A stretch of DNA of 63,715 nucleotides, filler included, from Octopus bimaculoides (GCF_001194135.2; 7 parts of 6 records of this genome joined end to end with filler, not necessarily neighbours in it), one strand, 5' to 3'. Counted from the whole stretch's first letter, positions 1 through 11,784 are shown. The notes: generated from the letters alone by a model not told the origin. Translations and numbers: made by a program.

Positions 1-246
1 ATATATATATATACATACATATATATATATATACATATATATAAATATATGTATGCATACACACATGCACATACACAAGCATACACACATACATATGCTT
101 ACAGATTTATATGCACATTCAAATTTATGATTCAGTTTTGGGGATAGTACTAAATAATGTTATTACTCAACATATTTGTCGGTTTTAATTCAATTATTCA
201 CTTTTATTGTTAAAGATTAGCTAGTCTATGTGTATTTGTTCAAGGT

Positions 247-3200
247 ATGATATGCATCGTCCTTGATGTGACATACAGCAGTAAGGCCTTCAGGTTGATC
301 AGAGTCTATGCACCTTGTGCTAGAGGATTCCAAACTGATTTTCATCGGTGCTTGGAGAACTTTCTCGTGACGTCGAAGACATTAGTGGTGTTAGGAGACT
401 TTAACGCTATCGTTGACGTGAGCATTGATAGCGTTGGCTCGACTGGTAGAAAAGTGACTGGTAGATCTACTTAAGTGCTTTCAGCTAGCAGATCAGTTCA
501 TGCTTGACCATCCGAATGTCTCAGAGTGGACCTGGATTAATGGCGATGGAAGGCTCAAGTCTTACTTAGACAGGATAGTCATAAGAGCTGAAGATAAGGC
601 TGGTTTTAGTTGTCCACAGCTTGTTCAGGTGTCCTACACTGATCATAGAATGGTTAAGCGTAAGCTGAACATAGGTAGGACAGTTAAGAGAGGATCCGGC
701 TACTGGAAGGTGAACAAATCTATTTTGTCTTGCGAGGCGTACCGTAGCCGGATTAAGGTGCTAGTACAGAGGGCATTAACCGGTGCGGTGGTGGTTCGCC
801 CTCAAAAGAGCCAGTTGTTTCAAGTCTGTTAGATTTAGCCACCAGCTAAGAATTGATAAGGCTAGAATAGAAGGGCAGCTAGTTAAGGACTTAGAGGAGG
901 CGTTGAAGTTGGGCTTTGCATCCCACATTCTGGCAGCGAGAACACCCTTTGACCGTCACCTCAAAGCCAAACATGAGGGGTGCAGAGTTCGGGCTAATGT
1001 GCACGCATTGGGCCATGAGGGAATTAATGTTGCCAGATGGGCCCGTACGGTAGAAACCCAGTGTGGCAATGATGCCACAATAAGGTCTCTTGTTGATGAC
1101 AACGGGAGTTCGGTCGAGATGTATGAGGCATTTTACAAGCACTTTACCGAGTTGTTCGGGAGGAGCAGGGTGCTGGATCATGGTGAGGCCCTTAGGGACT
1201 TCCTGGCTGGTGGCCCGTATCTGAGAAGCTGAGTACTGTGAAGGGCCAATCACAGCCGAGGAGGTGATTGAGGTGCTAGGCGAATGCCCCAGGGTGAGGT
1301 CGCCAGGTCTCGATGATCTGCCCTATGAATTTTATAAAAATATACCAGACTTGTTCAGGCACCTGATGGCCAGCGTCTACGCTAATTGGCAGCAGAATGG
1401 GAGAATTCCCAAGTCTGCAAGCCGAGGGGTGGTAACGTTGATCAGGGAGGACCCGAGCAAGGGGGATGAAATTTCAGGCTCTTAATTCTGTTGAACACAG
1501 AGTTAAATATTTTGGCCAAGGTGCTAGTGAAAAGGTTGGCGCAGGTCGTGGACAGACTTGCAGGGGAAGCGCAAACATGCTCTNNNNNNNNNNNNNNNNN
1601 NNNNNNNNNNNNNNNNNNNNNNNNNNNNNNNNNNNNNNNNNNNNNNNNNNNNNNNNNNNNNNNNNNNNNNNNNNNNATTTAGACCAGTCTAAAGCATTTG
1701 ATAGGGTCGACTATCGGTACTTATTGGCGGTCCTCGAGAAGGCTGGCTTGGGCCCGACCTTCCGTGGTTGGATCGCTGCATTGTACAGCGACATCGAGTC
1801 TGTCATGAAAGTGAATGGTTTCTTTGCGAAGCCATTCAGGATCGAATGCTCAGTGCGTCAGGGGTGTCCCCTATCTCCGCTTTTGTATGTACTGGCTCTT
1901 GAGCCATTACTGTGGAAGTTGGAGGCGCTAGGGGGCACACCGCATGATCTATGGTGTGGAAGAGGAGCTACGGTGTATGCAGATGACATCTCCATCATCG
2001 TGGTGGATGAGGGCCAGCTTCCAGTGGTGGAAAAGGCCATCAAAAGTTATGAGGTGATGGCAGGAGCAAAGGTTAACAAGTACAAGTCGGTCGGTTTGCA
2101 ACTCGGCACCTGAAGGAGCAAGCCGATGGCGTCTAATAATATCGTGGAGCTTTGGGCGGAAGGTCCTGTTAAGCTGCTTGGAGTCTGGGTTGGTCCAGAC
2201 CTCCAGATAGAGAAAAATTGAAGTGAGGTGGCCAGCAAAATGCTCTAACCCAGACCTGGTCTGGGCGGACATTATTCTTGCTAGGGAGGGCAGAGATGGT
2301 GCAGATGTTTATAGCATCAGTAATCACCTACCGTCTAACCGTGGTGCCTTGCTCCAGTTTGTGGCTGAACAAGTTGGAGAGAATCCGTTTCCGCTTCTTG
2401 TGGAAGGGTGGAAAGCCACTTGTGAAACGCTCTGTCTGCTGCCAGAAACTGCTAAAGGGTGGCTGAAGGTGCGAAAATTTGCGTTAAGGTTGAGGCACCT
2501 CTGGCTTTACCTAGATGGAGAGCAGGTGTGGTCACCGCACGTCCAGTTCTATCTTCTGCAGTTAACGTCCTTAACGGACATTGGCAGAGACCTAGACTAG
2601 GGGGCTGGCAATTGGAGTGCGGTCAGGCACTTCAGCTACTCTCTTGGGCAGGCAATGCCGGCAGCAGGGGTTCCACCACGGATTTTTATTGCTGGTTAGT
2701 AGAGACCATGTCCGAAGACACCTTGGGGGAGACTCTGGATAATTACCAGAAATCCCTGGCTTGGCAGTACTTCCGTGCGGTGTTACCGGTTCGTGACAAG
2801 CTATCAAGGCACGAAAGTGCCATCTCGCCAACATGCCCGAGATGTGGGCAAGACAAGGAAACCGTCTTGCATGCATTCATAGAGTGTCTGGAATTATCGG
2901 AACTGATAGCTTTTGTCGAACAACTGTTGTCAGTGATGGAAAGAGTACAGCTATCAGCTGAGTCTATCGTCGATATTGTGCCACCTCCTTCCCTTAACAG
3001 GGAAAGGAAGGCTTGTTTTTCTGCATAGTAGCCATACTGAAAGAAACAGTATGAAAGACGCGTGTGAAAGGCATAGTGACAGGTACCTTTGTCTCTGGCT
3101 AGGGGGTTGGTCAACTTCTTTAGTTACCATCTCAGTAGTAAGATCAGACTGGAGAAGAGGTGTCTGTCACGAGATATATTTGTGAAAAGATGGAAACCTG

Positions 3201-3480
3201 TGGTAAGCAAGTTGGGTGCACCAAGTAAGTGCATTCAGGATAAAAAGTAGAGGTTCTATCCAGGTGGCCAGATGCCTTTCCTTTAGGGAATCCATGGCAA
3301 ATCGCAATGAGCGCTAAATTTTTAAATTGTATATATTATATCATAAAGTATACCATTATTCGTTAGATCATTTATCATTCGAGACTAATTTTTTAATCGA
3401 TATAGCAGCTACTTCACCCTTTTATGTTTGACTGTCCTTGTTTGTTCCCTCTTTGTAATGCCTTTATGGCATATAAAATA
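247..3480 (+). mobile_element. Tx1/L1-clade non-LTR retrotransposon, degenerate 5'-truncated ORF2 (APE endonuclease, RT, C-terminal Cys motif) plus 3' UTR
   Basis: Frameshifted ORF pieces carry APE motifs (VLGDFNA, SYLDRI, TDHRMV), RT motifs (SPGLDDLPYEFY, LDQSKAFDRV, SVRQGCPLSP, YADD) and CPRCGQDKETVLHAFIEC; many stops and frameshifts. Confidence 0.93.
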
Positions 3481-3620
3481 GCTTGCTTACCAACCACATG
3501 GTTCCGGGTTCTGTCCCACTGCGTGGAACCTTGGGCTAGTGTCTTCTACTAGAGCCTCGGGGCTGACCAAAGCCTTGTGGGTGGATTTGGTAGACGGAAA
3601 CTGAAAGAAGACTGTCGTAC
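3481..3620 (+). mobile_element. tRNA-derived SINE, family A (head)
   Basis: ccaaccacatggttccgggttc...gacggaaactgaaagaag, recurring many times in the window; B-box-like ggttc. Confidence 0.85.
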
Positions 3621-3625
3621 ATATG

Positions 3626-3660
<35 letters not shown>

Positions 3661-3704
3661 NNNNNNNNNNNNNNNNNNNNNNNNNNNNNNNNNNNNNNNN
3701 NNNN

Positions 3705-3716
3705 TTAATTAATTAA
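3705..3716. other. Assembly spacer TTAATTAATTAA inside 100-N gaps (also 29625, 33358, 45548, 49325, 60862)
   Basis: Same 12-mer centred in six ~100-nt N gaps; it places stop codons in all six frames. Confidence 0.95.
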
Positions 3717-3813
3717 NNNNNNNNNNNNNNNNNNNNNNNNNNNNNNNNNNNNNNNNNNNNTAATGTGACAGACCCATTAAGGGAATCATACTGCTGCTAT
3801 TTAGCCCTAGGAA

Positions 3814-4095
3814 GCTGGACCGCTTCCTGTTGGCCTTGACACATTTCCTGTGTCCTTATATTTGTGAAGGGGAGACAAGCCTCCCCACCCAGCCTAGTCT
3901 GTATTCAGGGCATGTTTCTGAGTCATTGCTCATCATCAGCCTGAAGTAGCCGACCAGCTGGCTGAAAAAGCATGTCTAGCCTTCACAGAAACATGTCCCT
4001 GAATGCAGACTAGGTTGGCTGGGGAGGCTTGTCTCTCCCCTTCACAAATATAAGGACACAGGAAATGTTTCAAGGCCAACAGGAAGCGGTCCAGC
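3814..4095. repeat. Fold-back inverted repeat (arms 3814-3920 and 3986-4095, ~94% identical by eye), probably Penelope-like-element derived
   Basis: Right arm is the reverse complement of the left arm with about 4 substitutions and 2 small indels; the loop region holds hammerhead-like motifs. Confidence 0.85.
3904..3945 (-). ncRNA. Minimal type I hammerhead ribozyme motif (1-nt deletion at the cleavage triplet)
   Basis: Minus strand: ttcagg-CUGAUGA-ugag(caauga)cuca-GAAAC-au-G[U]C-ccugaa; stems I and II pair perfectly; the other arm (3988-4003) keeps the intact gaaacatgtccctgaa. Confidence 0.65.
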
Positions 4096-4358
4096 GGTCA
4101 CAAGAGCCTCCCATCGACAGACTCTGGTGATGATGCCCCATTTTAGTTCAAATATATACATATATATATATATATGTATATATATACATATATATATACA
4201 TNNNNNNNNNNGTGTGTATATCACCAAAAGGCTCTGGAATGGTGCATCCTCATGAAAAACAGATTTGATTTTTGAACTCTGCATCCCAAGGAGAAAGTTT
4301 TCAGTAAACAATAATCAAAAAATATAATCTGATACAAGAAATGAGTCATTATCAGATC

Positions 4359-4391
<33 letters not shown>

Positions 4392-5473
4392 NNNNNNNNN
4401 NNNNNNNNNNNNNNNNNNNNNNNNNNNNNNNNNNNNNNNNNNNNNNNNNNNNNNNNNNNNNNNNNNNNNNNNNNNNNNNNNNNNNNNNNNNNNNNNNNNN
4501 NNNNNNNNNNNNNNNNNNNNNNNNNNNNNNNNNNNNNNNNNNNNNNNNNNNNNNNNNNNNNNNNNNNNNNNNNNNNNNNNNNNNNNNNNNNNNNNNNNNN
4601 NNNNNNNNNNNNNNNNNNNNNNNNNNNNNNNNNNNNNNNNNNNNNNNNNNNNNNNNNNNNNNNNNNNNNNNNNNNNNNNNNNNNNNNNNNNNNNNNNNNN
4701 NNNNNNNNNNNNNNNNNNNNNNNNNNNNNNNNNNNNNNNNNNNNNNNNNNNNNNNNNNNNNNNNNNNNNNNNNNNNNNNNNNNNNNNNNNNNNNNNNNNN
4801 NNNNNNNNNNNNNNNNNNNNNNNNNNNNNNNNNNNNNNNNNNNNNNNNNNNNNNNNNNNNNNNNNNNNNNNNNNNNNNNNNNNNNNNNNNNNNNNNNNNN
4901 NNNNNNNNNNNNNNNNNNNNNNNNNNNNNNNNNNNNNNNNNNNNNNNNNNNNNNNNNNNNNNNNNNNNNNNNNNNNNNNNNNNNNNNNNNNNNNNNNNNN
5001 NNNNNNNNNNNNNNNNNNNNNNNNNNNNNNNNNNNNNNNNNNNNNNNNNNNNNNNNNNNNNNNNNNNNNNNNNNNNNNNNNNNNNNNNNNNNNNNNNNNN
5101 NNNNNNNNNNNNNNNNNNNNNNNNNNNNNNNNNNNNNNNNNNNNNNNNNNNNNNNNNNNNNNNNNNNNNNNNNNNNNNNNNNNNNNNNNNNNNNNNNNNN
5201 NNNNNNNNNNNNNNNNNNNNNNNNNNNNNNNNNNNNNNNNNNNNNNNNNNNNNNNNNNNNNNNNNNNNNNNNNNNNNNNNNNNNNNNNNNNNNNNNNNNN
5301 NNNNNNNNNNNNNNNNNNNNNNNNNNNNNNNNNNNNNNNNNNNNNNNNNNNNNNNNNNNNNNNNNNNNNNNNNNNNNNCCCTGCAACTTCCAAACAAACA
5401 TTATTGAGCAAGTCTAAATTTAAAATTCAAATAAGCTGTCATTATCTATAAAAATGTATATACACATATATAT

Positions 5474-5528
<55 letters not shown>

Positions 5529-5808
5529 TATATGTAAATAAATATAAGATCCAAGGATCGAAGTGTAGGAAGAAAGTTAGCTTCAAGCAAACTGTAGAAA
5601 ATATAAAAAAGAACCTTCAGGGACAATAGTGGTTTATTGAGACAGAAGGTTGTGGATATTTTTCTTACTGAAGTACGATACGTTGAAAAAAGTTCTTATA
5701 TTTCACAGTAGGCAACCAGGGCTGCCAGGTTGTGAATAAGAATACAAGAGTTAAGGAATGGAGTAGATAAGATCCAGGCTACATATGTTTCATAGTGAGC
5801 AAAACCTT

Positions 5809-6056
5809 GGAAGTGGTAAATATCCAAGTGAGGTGTGTACCGCAGGCTACTCTTCTGGCCAAGGATACCTTGATTAAATAAAAGTGTACATTATCGCAAG
5901 GAGATGCATGTTAACACATGGAAGATTCAATCAGATTGAATCTTCCATGTGTTAACATGCACCTTCTTGCGATAATGTACACTTTTATTTAATCGAGGTA
6001 TCCTTGGCCAGAAGAGTAGCCTGCGGTACACACCTCACTTGGATATTACCACTTCC
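5809..6056. repeat. Near-perfect 248-bp palindrome with a 1-nt spacer at 5933
   Basis: ggaagtggtaaatatcc...gaagattcaatc-a-gattgaatcttc...ggatattaccacttcc; only a few substitutions and indels between the arms. Confidence 0.92.
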
Positions 6057-6087
6057 ATACTTAATGTTATCACACTATATAATAAAT

Positions 6088-6335
6088 GAGGGAACATGGT
6101 CAATTAGTTAGGATTCTGTACTCACTATCACAAGATCATTGTTTCAATTCTTGGACCAGGTGGTGTGTTGTGTTCTAGAGCAAAACATGTCATCTCACTC
6201 TGCTCTACAAGCACTCTAATACCTGACATGTGGTACACCATGCATCTGTTCAAGCAATGTTGATTTGAAGGAGAGACTGAGCTAATGTACAACACATACA
6301 TTTGATCACTATAAACAAATCATTTGTGCAAATCA
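6088..6335 (+). mobile_element. Degenerate tRNA-headed SINE
   Basis: Head gtttcaattcttggaccagg...gtgttctagagcaaaac resembles the SINE heads at 20445 and 41532. Confidence 0.55.
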
Positions 6336-6761
6336 TTTGTTCAACAAGAAATTAGAGAACCGTCTTTCTCAGATTACAAGAGACTACCATCATGACAATA
6401 TAATAAATAATCTGCAAGTAATTATTGCTATTAGATCATGTACTGTGTAATTCACTCAGTCAGTTGCAAGACTTCAAGTTAGATTCAAGCAGGTGGTATT
6501 AAATATGATGTATTTATGTTGAGTTTTCATTGTGCGAGCTATTGTAATATGAAACTTCTAGATGACAACAAACGTGTGGAGTTTTTTCCAGTTCACTGGG
6601 AATTCTGTACATTGAAATATGATGCTTGTTTTCATGTACAACTGATAAACTAACAAGCAATATTATTTTTTTTTATTTTTTTGTAATAACATTTATTATT
6701 TTATTCATAGATATGACTTGCACATGTATAAACACTTACATACACATGTATGGCTCTGTCT

Positions 6762-6807
<46 letters not shown>

Positions 6808-6812
6808 TTGTA

Positions 6813-6851
<39 letters not shown>

Positions 6852-6857
6852 GTGATG

Positions 6858-7295
6858 TGCAAGCATGGCTGTGTGGTTTACAGACTTGCTGCCCAATCAC
6901 ATAGTTCTGTGTTCAGTCTCACTACATAGCACATCCAGCAAGTGTTTTGTACTATAGCCCTGCACTGCCTAAAGTCCTGAGAGGGGATTTAGTAGACAGA
7001 GCTGGCAGAAACATTAGCACATCAGGCAAAATGCTTAGCGGTATTTTATCTGCAGTTACGTTCTAAGTTCAAATTCCGCTGATGTCGACTTTGCCTTTCA
7101 TCCTTTCGGGGTCGATAAATTAAGTACCAGTTATGCACTGGGGTCGATGTAATTGACTTAATCCCTTNNNNNNNNNNTTTCGGGGTCGATAAATTAAGTA
7201 CCAGTTATGCACTGGGGTCGATGTAATTGACTTAATCCCTTTGTCTGTCCTTGTTTGTCCCCTCTATGTTTAGTCCCTTGTGTGGCGACTTAAGG
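6858..7295 (+). mobile_element. SINE family A head followed by a SINE family B copy
   Basis: catggctgtgtgg... head, then gagctggcagaaac...gttcaaattccgc...tttgtcccctctatgtttag; spans a 10-N gap with duplicated flanks. Confidence 0.8.
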
Positions 7296-7311
7296 AAGAT
7301 AAAATTAAGTC

Positions 7312-7420
7312 CACCCACTTTTTTGAAGTTGAATAGCAAAATTGCTCGAATATCGCGCTTTGACAGTTCCATTTCAGATGATTGTAACACCGGTGAAAAA
7401 AAAATCAATGTTAATTTATT
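7312..7420 (-). mobile_element. Mariner transposase N-terminal fragment
   Basis: Minus frame MELSKRDIRAILLFNFKK resembles mariner N-termini and the copy at 47031-47953. Confidence 0.5.
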
Positions 7421-8797
7421 CATGCATTTGGGTAAGTCACTGTCTGTATTATAAGACAATTGCAAAAAAATGTTTTAAAAAATTCAAAACTCTGCAAAAA
7501 TCCGATAGAAATTCTTCATGGTTCAAAACATTGCTTACTTTCTACTCAACTTGATATATAATTATAAAATCTGGTAATTAGTCATATATTAATTAATATC
7601 GATTAATTATCAGGAGGCCAGCGCATCTAAAGAATCAAAGAGATTCAGAAATAATATCTGCAATCTCAGGGGATTAAGGTACATTTTAAAAAAATAATGT
7701 CGACCACTAACGTGGACAATTAATGCGCTAGAAATAGATCACATCTTGTGTCTATTAAGACCTAAAATGTTCTCAACATGAAATATAGCAGCATACCAAA
7801 AACGTGAGCGGGCAAGACATTTAAAATCACCTAAAAAATCATTATTAAACAGGAACTAGTTTCGGATTTAACAANNNNNNNNNNNNNNNNNNNNNNNNNN
7901 NNNNNNNNNNNNNNNNNNNNNNNNNNNNNNNNNNNNNNNNNNNNNNNNNNNNNNNNNNNNNNNNNNNNNNNNNNNNNNNNNNNNNNNNNNNNNNNNNNNN
8001 NNNNNNNNNNNNNNNNNNNNNNNNNNNNNNNNNNNNNNNNNNNNNNNNNNNNNNNNNNNNNNNNNNNNNNNNNNNNNNNNNNNNNNNNNNNNNNNNNNNN
8101 NNNNNNNNNNNNNNNNNNNNNNNNNNNNNNNNNNNNNNNNNNNNNNNNNNNNNNNNNNNNNNNNNNNNNNNNNNNNNNNNNNNNNNNNNNNNNNNNNNNN
8201 NNNNNNNNNNNNNNNNNNNNNNNNNNNNNNNNNNNNNNNNNNNNNNNNNNNNNNNNNNNNNNNNNNNNNNNNNNNNNNNNNNNNNNNNNNNNNNNNNNNN
8301 NNNNNNNNNNNNNNNNNNNNNNNNNNNNNNNNNNNNNNNNNNNNNNNNNNNNNNNNNNNNNNNNNNNNNNNNNNNNNNNNNNNNNNNNNNNNNNNNNNNN
8401 NNNNNNNNNNNNNNNNNNNNNNNNNNNNNNTATATATATATATATATATATATATATGGTATAATTACAAACAGGGCAAATTTTAGCCATTTCTCCACAG
8501 ACTGAAAAAAAATGATGAACAACCTTAATTGATTTTCAAACCTTATTGGGTTCTCATTAAAGGTATCTACATCATTCTGACAGTCTCCTGGAGAGCAAGC
8601 AGCCAAACTGTTTATATACTCAACAAATCAGCTGTTACTCAATGAAGGAGTCCCTAATTTGCATACCAAAAGTGTTTAACACTCTATAAATATCAGCAGC
8701 CTGTCAACAGGGATCTTAGTCCACAGAGTATCAAAGTATGATATAATAAATGTGTAACATATGGTATAATTATAAACAGGGCCAATTTTAGCCATTG

Positions 8798-9330
8798 GGC
8801 TTCTTTCAGTTACCATCTACCAAATCCACTCACAAGGCTTTGGTCAGCTTGAGACTATAGTAGATGACACTTGCCCAAGGTGCCATGCCATGGGACTGAA
8901 CCTGAAACCACACAGCTTCTTACCACACAGCTTCTTACCACACAGCCACTCCTGCAACTATTGAACAGTGATTTTGTTCTGGGTTCAGTCCCACTGTGTG
9001 GCACTTTGGTCAAGTCTCTTTTACTATAACCTCGGGCCAACCAAAGCCTTGTGAGTGGATTTGTTAGGTAGAAACTGAAAGGCGGTAAGCTGGCAGAAAC
9101 GTTAGCACGCCGGGCAAAATGCTTAGCAGTATTTCGTCTGCCGTTACGTTCTGAGTTCAAATTCTGCCAAGGTCAACTTTGCCTTTCATCCTTTCAGGGT
9201 CGATAAATTAAGTACCAGTTACGCACTAGGGGTCAATGCAATTGACTTAATCCCTTTGTCTGTCCTTGTTTGTCCCCTCTATGTTTAGCCTCTTGTGGGC
9301 AATAAAGAAATAGGAAACTGAAAGAAGCCC

Positions 9331-9368
<38 letters not shown>

Positions 9369-9565
9369 TCCCCAACCACTTCCTGACAACTGGTGTTGAC
9401 TTGTTTACATCACCATAACTTAGCAGTTCAGTAAAAAGGGAATAACAGAATAAGTACCATGCTTTAAAAAAAAATAAGTACTGGGATTAATTCATTTGAC
9501 TGAAAGTTCTTCAAACCAGTGCCCTAACATGACCGTAGTCAAATGACTGAAACAGATAAAGATAA
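8798..9565. mobile_element. SINE cluster: A(-) 8798-8955, A(+) 8960-9565, with a nested B(+) copy at ~9082-9311
   Basis: Family consensus motifs; gaaactgaaag duplicated at 9071-9081 and 9314-9324 around the B copy. Confidence 0.85.
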
Positions 9566-9739
9566 AAAGTAAAAGATCGGACTAGAATTTAACTATAACC
9601 TTCATTCTCCAAGTGATTAATTAAAATAAATCTTGCCGTCAGTGTGATAACCTCATTAATGCGATAAAAGAGCATTAATCAAATTTTGAAATTTTGAATG
9701 ACTGCTGACTATTGTGTAACATTTCAATATAAACTTGTG

Positions 9740-10086
9740 GTAAGGCGGCGAGCTGGCAGAAATGTTAGCATGCCGGGTGAAATGCTTAGCGATATTTCAT
9801 CTGTCTTTATGTTCTGAGTTCAAATTCCGCTGAGACAGACTTTGCCTTTCATCCTTTTGGGGTCGATAAATTAAGTACCTGTTGCGTACTGAGGTCGATC
9901 TAATCGACTGACCCCTTCCCCTAACATTTCGTCCTTGTGCCTAGAGTAGAAAAAAATATGAGGATAATCAAAGGCGGTGAGCTGGCAGAAATGTTAGGAC
10001 GCCAGGTAAAATGCTTAGCAGTATTTCGTCTGTCTTTATGTTCTGAGTTCAAATTCCACCAAGGTCAGCTTTGCCTTTCATCCTTT
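9740..10086 (+). mobile_element. Two tandem SINE family B copies
   Basis: aaggcggcgagctggcagaaatgttagc head occurs twice; the second runs into an N gap. Confidence 0.8.
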
Positions 10087-11164
10087 NNNNNNNNNNNNNN
10101 NNNNNNNNNNNNNNNNNNNNNNNNNNNNNNNNNNNNNNNNNNNNNNNNNNNNNNNNNNNNNNNNNNNNNNNNNNNNNNNNNNNNNNNNNNNNNNNNNNNN
10201 NNNNNNNNNNNNNNNNNNNNNNNNNNNNNNNNNNNNNNNNNNNNNNNNNNNNNNNNNNNNNNNNNNNNNNNNNNNNNNNNNNNNNNNNNNNNNNNNNNNN
10301 NNNNNNNNNNNNNNNNNNNNNNNNNNNNNNNNNNNNNNNNNNNNNNNNNNNNNNNNNNNNNNNNNNNNNNNNNNNNNNNNNNNNNNNNNNNNNNNNNNNN
10401 NNNNNNNNNNNNNNNNNNNNNNNNNNNNNNNNNNNNNNNNNNNNNNNNNNNNNNNNNNNNNNNNNNNNNNNNNNNNNNNNNNNNNNNNNNNNNNNNNNNN
10501 NNNNNNNNNNNNNNNNNNNNNNNNNNNNNNNNNNNNNNNNNNNNNNNNNNNNNNNNNNNNNNNNNNNNNNNNNNNNNNNNNNNNNNNNNNNNNNNNNNNN
10601 NNNNNNNNNNNNNNNNNNNNNNNNNNNNNNNNNNNNNNNNNNNNNNNNNNNNNNNNNNNNNNNNNNNNNNNNNNNNNNNNNNNNNNNNNNNNNNNNNNNN
10701 NNNNNNNNNNNNNNNNNNNNNNNNNNNNNNNNNNNNNNNNNNNNNNNNNNNNNNNNNNNNNNNNNNNNNNNNNNNNNNNNNNNNNNNNNNNNNNNNNNNN
10801 NNNNNNNNNNNNNNNNNNNNNNNNNNNNNNNNNNNNNNNNNNNNNNNNNNNNNNNNNNNNNNNNNNNNNNNNNNNNNNNNNNNNNNNNNNNNNNNNNNNN
10901 NNNNNNNNNNNNNNNNNNNNNNNNNNNNNNNNNNNNNNNNNNNNNNNNNNNNNNNNTACATACTCATATACTTACTCACATATATACACACTCACACATA
11001 TATATATATACATATATCCATGTGTGTATGTGTGTAGGTGTGTGTGTGTCTGTATGTGAGTTTGTCTGTGTGGGTGTCTGTGTGTATGTGCATGCAGGTA
11101 TGAGTGGGTGAGTGCATGTGTGTATGAATAATGAATACTGCGATCATCTCCCAGGTCCTTTCTC

Positions 11165-11237
11165 CATCTGTTATCATCATCATCAGCATCATCATCAGCA
11201 GCATCATCATCATCAGCATCATCATCAGCAGCATCAT

Positions 11238-11288
<51 letters not shown>

Positions 11289-11312
11289 CATCAGCAGCAG
11301 CATCATCATCAA
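11165..11312. repeat. Compound (CAT)/(CAG) trinucleotide microsatellite
   Basis: Directly visible; produces the poly-H/Q, poly-M/L and poly-D/A ORFs in the track. Confidence 0.95.
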
Positions 11313-11661
11313 TTGTCATTATCTCTGACATCATCTCTCCAACTATTCTAATCCCCAATATCTTTATCATCATTGTCAACGATGTCTCACCATTTATTAC
11401 TTTCTTCCAATCAGAACATTATTGTAGTTTCCTTTCCTTCAATTTTACTTAAGACCGTTCTCCAATTCCAGACAAACTCCTGTGATTCTTATATCATAGA
11501 GAAACAAATCTTTCAAAAACTCCAAATAGTTTTGCCACTTTCTGTTGTTCTAAACCTGTATTTGTTTTTTTTTTTCCTCATATATGTTAGGTATCAACAA
11601 AAGAATTTTATATTTTTTGTCCTTTGTTTTTTACTTATTTCAGTCAAACAAATCAGTAGGT

Positions 11662-11703
<42 letters not shown>

Positions 11704-11707
11704 GTGG

Positions 11708-11752
<45 letters not shown>

Positions 11753-11784
11753 TATATACACACACATGTATATATCATCATCAC

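Noticed and set aside
3705-3716. Recurrent TTAATTAATTAA as a biological motif
   Set aside because: Always centred in 100-N gaps: an assembly spacer
4221-5417. Long ORFs made mostly of X (also around 7.8-8.6, 10-11, 22, 35.4, 50.7 and 54.4-55.7 kb)
   Set aside because: They only span N gaps and flanking microsatellites; there is no coding evidence
6562-6653. Open frame DDNKRVEFFPVHWEF, resembling the RVEFLPVHW motif of DDHD-family phospholipases
   Set aside because: Similarity ends after about 9 residues and the frame stops without a convincing donor; likely chance unless tBLASTn shows otherwise
7104-7240. Apparent tandem duplication in SINE B (also 17550-17912)
   Set aside because: Identical sequence on both sides of a 10-N gap: unmerged contig overlap
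10972-11379. Poly-H/Q, poly-D/A and poly-M/L ORFs
   Set aside because: Translations of a CAT/CAG microsatellite; no splice or domain support
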